From an uncultured Gemmatimonadales bacterium (lineage in GTDB: Bacteria > Gemmatimonadota > Gemmatimonadetes > Palauibacterales > Palauibacteraceae): a stretch of DNA of 64,000 bases. Positions 58,075-64,000 of the stretch are shown piece after piece (position 1 is the stretch's first letter; every line of letters begins with the position of its first letter). A model generated the notes under the pieces. It was not told the DNA's origin and ran no database searches. It worked only from the letters and a program-made list of their open reading frames with translations. The stretch is from positions 192,001 to 256,000 of the forward strand of contig CAWANJ010000007.1 of NCBI GenBank assembly GCA_963783385.1, written 5' to 3'. The position numbers were made by a program, and so were the translations under genes.

Positions 58075-58090
58075 TGCACAGTATGTGCCG
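58075..58090 (-). promoter_or_regulatory. Candidate sigma54 (-24/-12) promoter of glnA
   Basis: Minus strand reads CGGCACATACTGTGCA, i.e. GG-N10-GC, about 70 nt upstream of the glnA ATG. Confidence 0.55.
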
Positions 58091-58326
58091 AATCGTCAAG
58101 TATGCGGCCCATATTGGTCCGATACATCGTCCAAGTTGCGCTATTCATGTTGTTTAATGTCGTGCCAAGAACTCATATCACTCATTCGCGCAATTTCCAT
58201 GGGGCACAGGCGGGCGGCGTCCGCCCCGCCGGCTGACGCGAAGACGCCACACACGTGGTGCGGGCTCCTCCCGAGCCGGCCGGGCTCCATGTGGCGACCC
58301 GGACTGGAGGGGCGTACCTTGCCCGC

Positions 58327-59715
58327 ATGTCGCGACTTCCCACGCTCTCGGTCCCGACGGGATCCCTGCGTGGCCAGCTGCTGGCCGGTCTTGCCGTCCT
58401 CCTGTTCGCCGCCTTGCTGGCCAGCATGGCCGTGGTGCTGGTGTCGATCCCGATCGGGTGGTCGCCCGGCCTGATGGGGCTGATCCTGCTGGTGCTGGCG
58501 TTCGGGGAGGTGGCCGTGCTGCTCCTGTTCGGTGACTACCTGCTCCGCCACCTGTTCCTCCAGCCGCTGGGGCGGATGGTGTCCGAGGCCGAGCGGATCG
58601 CGCAGGGAGAGCAGTGGCACCGGATCGAGGTGGAGAGCCCGGGGGAGCTGACGCGGTTGGCGGAGGCCGTGAACGCGATGGCGGCCCACCTGATCGAGAA
58701 CCAGCGCATGCTCGCGCACAACGTGCACTCGCTGGACGAGACCAACCGGGCCCTCACCGAAGCCAGGAACGAGCTGGTCCAGGCAGAGAAGCTCGCCTCG
58801 GTCGGTCGGCTGGCGGCCGGTCTGGCACACGAGATCGGCAACCCCCTCAACTCGATCCTGGCGTATGCCGACGTGGGCCGGCGCCGGGGGGCCGAGGGGG
58901 AGTGGATCGACGGCATCGTGCACGAATCCCACCGGATCGACCGGATCGTGGCGGGCCTCCTCGACTATGCGCGTCCCAAGAGTGGACCTCCGGCGCTGGT
59001 CCAGGTGAACGAGATCGTGGCGGAGACGGTCTCCCTGCTCTCCGTGCAGGGGCGCTTCAGGAAGGTCGACGTGACGACCGAGCTCGCTCCCCATCTGCCG
59101 GAGGTGAAGCTCAATCCCGATCGGCTCCAGCAGATCCTCGTCAACCTCCTCCTCAACGCCTGCGACGCCGTCGAGGAGGGTCTCGGCGACGCGGAGGAAG
59201 CTCGGGCCGAAGGATCGGCGGGCGGCCACGGGGGCGGAGCGGACACGCGCGGGGAGGCCGGGTCGTCCGGTCGCACCGGGTCCATACGGGTCACCAGCTC
59301 CCTGGTCCGCCACGAGGGGGCGCCGGGCGACGGGGTGCGCGCACGGCGCAAGGACGACCCCGAAGAGATCGACTACTCCCACCTGCGCCGCTTCCGGAGC
59401 CAGCCCGCCGAGGTCCCGCGACCCCACTTCGACGAGGGGCAACCTCTCGTGGAGATCGCCGTGGCCGACGACGGCCCGGGGATCCCCGACGCGCAGCTGG
59501 AGCGGGTGTTCGACCCGTTCTTCACCACCAAGGAGCCCGGCCGTGGAACGGGGCTGGGCCTGGCGGTGTCCGCGCGCCTCGCCTATCGCATGGGGGGCAC
59601 GATCGAGGTGTCGCATCGGCGCGGTGGGGGGACGGTGTTCACCGTGCTCCTCCCGCTGGCCGAGGACACCCGCCGCCCCGTTCCCGATCCTGAATCGCGC
59701 GAGGAGAGCCCGTGA
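58327..59715 (+). CDS. Sensor histidine kinase (2 TM, HAMP, HisKA, HATPase)
   Basis: [49 protein letters not shown]. Confidence 0.93.
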   Translation: MSRLPTLSVPTGSLRGQLLAGLAVLLFAALLASMAVVLVSIPIGWSPGLMGLILLVLAFGEVAVLLLFGDYLLRHLFLQPLGRMVSEAERIAQGEQWHRIEVESPGELTRLAEAVNAMAAHLIENQRMLAHNVHSLDETNRALTEARNELVQAEKLASVGRLAAGLAHEIGNPLNSILAYADVGRRRGAEGEWIDGIVHESHRIDRIVAGLLDYARPKSGPPALVQVNEIVAETVSLLSVQGRFRKVDVTTELAPHLPEVKLNPDRLQQILVNLLLNACDAVEEGLGDAEEARAEGSAGGHGGGADTRGEAGSSGRTGSIRVTSSLVRHEGAPGDGVRARRKDDPEEIDYSHLRRFRSQPAEVPRPHFDEGQPLVEIAVADDGPGIPDAQLERVFDPFFTTKEPGRGTGLGLAVSARLAYRMGGTIEVSHRRGGGTVFTVLLPLAEDTRRPVPDPESREESP

Positions 59716-61079
59716 GGGTCCTCATCATCGACGACGACCCCGGCGTGCGCCGCTCCATCTCGCTCATCCTCGAGGAGGAGGGCTACGAGGTCCTCACGGC
59801 CTCCGATGGCCGCGACGGACTCGACCTGGCGCTGGAGGCCGGCCCCGAGCTGCTCCTGTGTGACGTCCGGATGCCGCGCCTCGAGGGGCTCGAGTTCCTG
59901 GACGAGTACCGGAAGGCGGGGGGCGAGGGGCTGGTGATCATGATCACGGCCTACGGCAGCACCGAGCTGGCCATCGAGGCCATGAAGCGAGGCGCCTACG
60001 ACTACCTCGCCAAGCCATTCTCGGCCGACGAGGCGCTGCTGGTCCTGCGCAAGGCGGAGGAGCGCGAGAAGCTGTGGCAGGAGGTCAGCCGGCTTCGCGA
60101 GGCGATCAGCTTCGAGCACCGGTATCCTGCCATCGTGGCCAAGAGCGAGGCCATGGAGAACAGCGTGCGGCTGGCCGAGAAGGTGGCCCGTCACCCCTCG
60201 ACGGTCCTGATCACCGGAGAGAGCGGCACGGGGAAGGAGCTCATCGCGCGGCTGGTCCACGACATGTCCTCCCGCAAGGGCGCTGCCTTCATCCCGGTCA
60301 ACTGTGGCGCCATTCCAGAGAACCTCCTCGAGTCGGAGCTGTTCGGTCACGTGAAGGGCTCCTTCACGGGAGCGACCGCGGACCGGGCGGGGCTGTTCGA
60401 GGAGGCGCACGGCGGCACGCTCTTCCTGGACGAGATCGGCGAGCTGCCCCTGAACCTCCAGGTGAAGCTGTTGCGCGCCCTGCAGGAGGGGGAGATCCGC
60501 CGGGTGGGTTCCTCGACGGCCCGCCAGGTGGATGTGCGAGTGGTGACCGCGACCGCCCGCGACCTCGAGGGGCTCGTCAAGGAAGGCGAGTTCAGGAGCG
60601 AGCTCTACTATCGGATCAACGTCGTCCGTATCCACCTCTCGCCGCTCCGTCATCGCACCGAGGACATCCCGCCCCTGTGCCGGCACTTGGTGGCCAAGTT
60701 CAACCGCGTCCTCAACCAGCGAAGCGAGGGCTTCGCGCCCGCCGCCATGAAGCTCCTCCTGGACTACAGCTGGCCCGGAAACGTGCGCGAGCTCGAGAAC
60801 ATGGTCGAACGGGCCATGGTCCTGACCGACGAGAAGCAGATCGGGGCCCCACTCGTCCAGGAGCTGTTGCCGGCACCGGGGATGGGTCTCGAGGCGGATC
60901 TGGGCGTGCTGCCCCCGGACGAGCTGTCCGTGAAGAAGCACGCGGCGCGCCTGGAGGCCCAGCTGATCGAGCGCGCCCTCCAGGTGACCGATGGCAACCG
61001 CACCCGGGCCGCCGAGTTGCTGGACCTCAGCTATCGGGCGCTCCTCTACAAGATCCGGGACTACGGCCTGGGCGATTGA
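59712..61079 (+). CDS. Sigma54-dependent response regulator (NtrC/AtoC/PilR family)
   Basis: Receiver DDD...D.RMP; GESGTGKE; ESELFGH.KGSFTGA; LFLDEIGE; WPGNVREL; Fis-type HTH. Confidence 0.95.
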   Translation: MRVLIIDDDPGVRRSISLILEEEGYEVLTASDGRDGLDLALEAGPELLLCDVRMPRLEGLEFLDEYRKAGGEGLVIMITAYGSTELAIEAMKRGAYDYLAKPFSADEALLVLRKAEEREKLWQEVSRLREAISFEHRYPAIVAKSEAMENSVRLAEKVARHPSTVLITGESGTGKELIARLVHDMSSRKGAAFIPVNCGAIPENLLESELFGHVKGSFTGATADRAGLFEEAHGGTLFLDEIGELPLNLQVKLLRALQEGEIRRVGSSTARQVDVRVVTATARDLEGLVKEGEFRSELYYRINVVRIHLSPLRHRTEDIPPLCRHLVAKFNRVLNQRSEGFAPAAMKLLLDYSWPGNVRELENMVERAMVLTDEKQIGAPLVQELLPAPGMGLEADLGVLPPDELSVKKHAARLEAQLIERALQVTDGNRTRAAELLDLSYRALLYKIRDYGLGD

Positions 61080-61336
61080 GCCCGCGGGGACGGACCCCGC
61101 CGGGGAAAGGGGGCGGTGGCCCTGCGGGCCGCCGCCGGCCGTGCGGGGCCGGCTCCTCACATCGATGTGGGCAACATGCAACGGCGGGCCGTGACCCCGG
61201 GAGCGGCGCTATCCCCTAACGTCGTGCACATGAAGCGCTTACGCGATGATCGGGTGTTAGCACAGCTTGTGCAGGTTGGGAGGCCGAACAGCACCTGCTC
61301 ATTGAGACGCCGCTACATGCGGGAGGACGGAGGGTC

Positions 61337-62182
61337 GTGAGAGAGCAGAATGGGGCGGTGTCCTCGGAGCTGACGCTGGACGTCCCGAGGGACGACACGC
61401 GGCCGCGCCGACGCCGCTGGTTCCGAGATTCGTCGGGCCCGGGAGGCTCGACCACCCGCCAGGAGGCGCGTACGTCGTCGAGTGAGCCGGGCTTGAGTCG
61501 ATCGCACGACTCCCTCCTGCGCACGATCAACGTGCTGGTGGCCGTGGTGTGCCTCATCGTCCTCTCCCCGGTGATCCTGGTCGTCGCGATCGCGATCAAG
61601 CTGGACAGTCGGGGTCCCATCCTGTACCGGCAGCTCCGCATCGGGCTCGACCGTCGGCGGCTGGACCAGGCGGCGGCGAGCAGCCGCCGGACCGGCGACC
61701 TCGGCGGCCGCCCCTTCGTCATGTACAAGTTCCGCACGATGCACACGAACGCCGAAGTGGGTACCGGGCCCGTGTGGGCGAGCCAGAACGACGGCCGCAC
61801 CACGCGCGTCGGACGGTTCCTGCGCCGACACCGCCTCGACGAGATTCCGCAGTTCTGGAACGTCATCAAGGGGGACATGTCGGTCGTCGGTCCGCGCCCC
61901 GAGCGCCCCGGCTTCGTGCAGATCCTGCGAGACGAGATCGACGGGTACGCGCTCAGGCACCGGGTTCCGCCCGGGATCACGGGCTGGGCGCAGGTGAACC
62001 GGACGCCCGACCAGTCGGTGGAGGATGTTCGGCGCAAGCTGGAATACGACCTGGAGTACATGCGCCGACGCTCCGTGTGGTTCGATCTGCGCGTCATGCT
62101 GCGAACGGTGGTCGTGGTGACGGAGCCGGAGACACCGGCCTCGTCTTCGGGTGACGGGGCCAATCCGGCGGAGGGGGCGTGA
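61337..62182 (+). CDS. Polyprenyl-phosphate sugar transferase (WcaJ/EpsL-like priming glycosyltransferase)
   Basis: IKLDSRGP..Y.Q.R.G, YKFRTM, R.TRVGRFLR...LDE.PQ..NV.KGDMS.VGPRPE, PGITGWAQV, DLEY. Confidence 0.92.
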   Translation: MREQNGAVSSELTLDVPRDDTRPRRRRWFRDSSGPGGSTTRQEARTSSSEPGLSRSHDSLLRTINVLVAVVCLIVLSPVILVVAIAIKLDSRGPILYRQLRIGLDRRRLDQAAASSRRTGDLGGRPFVMYKFRTMHTNAEVGTGPVWASQNDGRTTRVGRFLRRHRLDEIPQFWNVIKGDMSVVGPRPERPGFVQILRDEIDGYALRHRVPPGITGWAQVNRTPDQSVEDVRRKLEYDLEYMRRRSVWFDLRVMLRTVVVVTEPETPASSSGDGANPAEGA

Positions 62183-63152
62183 GCGCACCGGATCGATCAC
62201 TCGAGTCGAGCGACGTGCGGCCGGCACCGTTCCGCGGTCCCGAGGTGGTGCGCCTGCTGGTCGGTACCCGGCGGGACTGGTACGCTGCCGCCCTGCGCAC
62301 GCTGCTGGAGCCGGAGGGCTTCGTCCTCGAGGTCGTCTCGGACGAGGCCGCGCTGCTGGAGGCAGGGTCGGAGTGGCGCCCCAGCCTCGTGCTGCTGGAC
62401 TACGAGCTGGCCGGGATCGCCACGCGCCGGCTGTGCCGCGAGTTGTACCGTGGAGCGCTCCCGTGGAGCGTGCCCGTGGTCGTGAGCTCGGCGGGGCCTC
62501 TCGAGGAGTCCCGAAAGGCGGAGGTGTTCGAGGGCGGAGCGTGGCTGGTGCTCACCGAGCCCCTGTTCTTCAGCTCTCTCCTCGCCCAGCTCCGCAAGCT
62601 GGCCGAGGTCGGCTTCGTGGCCGAGGCCGCGGCCCCCGCGACCGATCCCGGCCGAACCGAGCTGCCGGGGCTCGACGAGGCCTGGAGGTCGTTCGGGATC
62701 CTGGCGGCGCTGGCGGAGAGGCGCGGGGAGGCGCTGACCTGCATCGTGGCCGGACCGACGACCCCGGCGGGCGGGGAGACGCTGGCGCGACAGAGACGGG
62801 TCACGGCCGAGGTGTGTGCGCGTTCCCTGCGCTCCTCGGACGCGTACGCCTGGACGGGGTCCGAAGAGGGAGACGTGGTGATCCTGGCGTACGGCGCCTC
62901 GCCCGAGGGGGCCAGCGCCATGGTGCAGCGGCTCAACCGGGTGGCAGCGGACCAGGCGGAGCTCGCCGAGGAGCCGCGCCTCCTGAGCGCCGGCATCCGG
63001 GAGATCCTCCCGGCCGGTGCCGAGGCGGGCGCGCCGGCGCGGCCACGAGGCCGGCGGACCGCATCCGGAGCGACGGACTGGCGGCCGCCCGCGCCGCGCT
63101 GCGCCTCGCGCGCAGGGCGGGCGGCGGCGTCCGGATCGCCGGAACATCGTAA
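62179..63152 (+). CDS. Receiver-like + degenerate GGDEF-like protein, probably frameshifted near 63020-63075
   Basis: PSLVLLD receiver, LRSSD, SAGI. The cyclase-like terminal helix LAAARAALRLARRAGG lies in the adjacent frame, ending at TAA 63152. Confidence 0.55.
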
Positions 63153-63434
63153 TGTCCAAGAGAGCCAAGGCCCCGGCACCGTCCGTCTCGAGCGGACGGC
63201 AGGGGAGGGTGCGGGCGTCGGAGCCGACGGACGCGTCCGGCCCGGCCGGTCCACGCCGCATGTCGCGGGCCGTGCGGTCACCGGCCGCCACGGTCGTCCG
63301 TAGCGCCGCCCACCGCCGGCTCGGCGCGCCGTTCGGCCGCGGCACCGGCCGGGACACCGTCGTCGGCATGGCTCCAACCTCTCCGCCGCTGGTGGGCATC
63401 CCGGCGCGTCCGGGCGCTGCTGCCCGTCCGCCGT

Positions 63435-63884
63435 GTGCTGTTCGTCTGTCATGGCAACCTGTGCCGCAGCCCCTACGCCGCCCGGGCCTTCCGGGAGCGG
63501 CTGGCTCCCGAGCTTTCGGATCGGATCCGCGTGGAGTCGGCCGGCTTCGTCGGTCAGGGCCGCCGATCGCCCGAACGGGCCGTCATCGTGGCGGATGAAC
63601 GCGGCGTCGGACTGCGGGAACACGCCTCCCGGCTCATCGAGGCCGGCATGGTTCGCGCATCCGACCTCGTGGTCGTGATGGAGCCCGGACAGCGGCGCGC
63701 CATGCTCCGGCGCTTCGGGAAGACCCGAGTCTTGCTGCTCTCCGATCTCGATCCGGAGGCGGGGCAGGGGCGGGCGATCCGGGATCCGATGTGGCAATCC
63801 CGGGAGACGTTCGCGGAGGTGTACGCTCGCATCGATCGATGTGTGGAACGCCTGGCCGACCTCGTCTCCGGGGCGACGGCATAG
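63435..63884 (+). CDS. Low-molecular-weight protein tyrosine phosphatase (Wzb-like); true start probably further upstream
   Basis: VLFVCHGNLCRSPYA, SAG, DLVVVM, IRDP. The frame is open back to 63153. Confidence 0.88.
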   Translation: MLFVCHGNLCRSPYAARAFRERLAPELSDRIRVESAGFVGQGRRSPERAVIVADERGVGLREHASRLIEAGMVRASDLVVVMEPGQRRAMLRRFGKTRVLLLSDLDPEAGQGRAIRDPMWQSRETFAEVYARIDRCVERLADLVSGATA

Positions 63885-63899
63885 CAGGGAGAGACTGAG

Positions 63900-64000
63900 A
63901 TGAATCCTACGCGTGGTTCGAACAGGAGCTGGCTCGTCCCGGTGATGACGCTGGCGCTGGCGGCGGGGGTGACCGCACCGGCGGTCGCCCAGTCGTCCGG
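63900..64000 (+). CDS. N-terminus of a secreted protein (3'-truncated by the window edge)
   Basis: GGGAG RBS; MNPTRGSNRSWLVPVMTLALAAGVTAPAVAQ signal peptide. Confidence 0.6.
   Translation, partial: MNPTRGSNRSWLVPVMTLALAAGVTAPAVAQSS

Noticed and set aside
58155-58170. TTGGCACG on the minus strand as the glnA sigma54 promoter
   Set aside because: Good -24 element but no GC at -12 (reads ACATTAAA); the 58075-58090 site fits the spacing.
1-64000. rRNA, tRNA, CRISPR arrays, integrases/transposases, prophage or defence genes
   Set aside because: None recognised by eye; intergenic spaces are short. A covariance-model search was not possible, so small RNAs could have been missed.

Overview
Very GC-rich (~73% by eye) bacterial chromosome segment. 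The gene styles suggest Gemmatimonadota (inference only). I found no rRNA, tRNA, CRISPR array or transposase. From left to right: (1) the 3' end of a form I aerobic CO dehydrogenase operon (coxL with AYRCSFR, coxF-YHS, coxD, coxE), convergent with a second form II-like coxSLM molybdo-flavoenzyme, plus xdhC, mocA and split Mo/W uptake genes; (2) an ABC-2 exporter and a PLP enzyme; (3) a five-gene ECF sigma operon whose anti-sigma factor and putative outer-membrane partner both carry CBM48 glycogen-binding domains, with a repeated GTGAC-N17-CGTC promoter-like motif; (4) envelope genes (PBP1B plus TPR lipoprotein, dacB, SH3 protein, fabH, moeA); (5) an imuA-imuB-dnaE2 mutagenesis cassette split by two envelope genes, with a near-identical 22-bp TTCGG direct-repeat motif before each half and a palindromic element inserted in-frame inside dnaE2; (6) cupin, NlpC/P60, acpS, a Fur-boxed cytochrome c-FTR1 iron permease, a CLC transporter, large NAD-GDH and glnA; (7) a sigma54 two-component system and the start of an exopolysaccharide locus. 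The best candidates for undescribed biology are the CBM48 ECF signalling operon, the mutasome operator motif and the coding palindromic insertion in dnaE2. All protein calls come from motif recognition, not database searches, and several start codons were re-assigned by eye.
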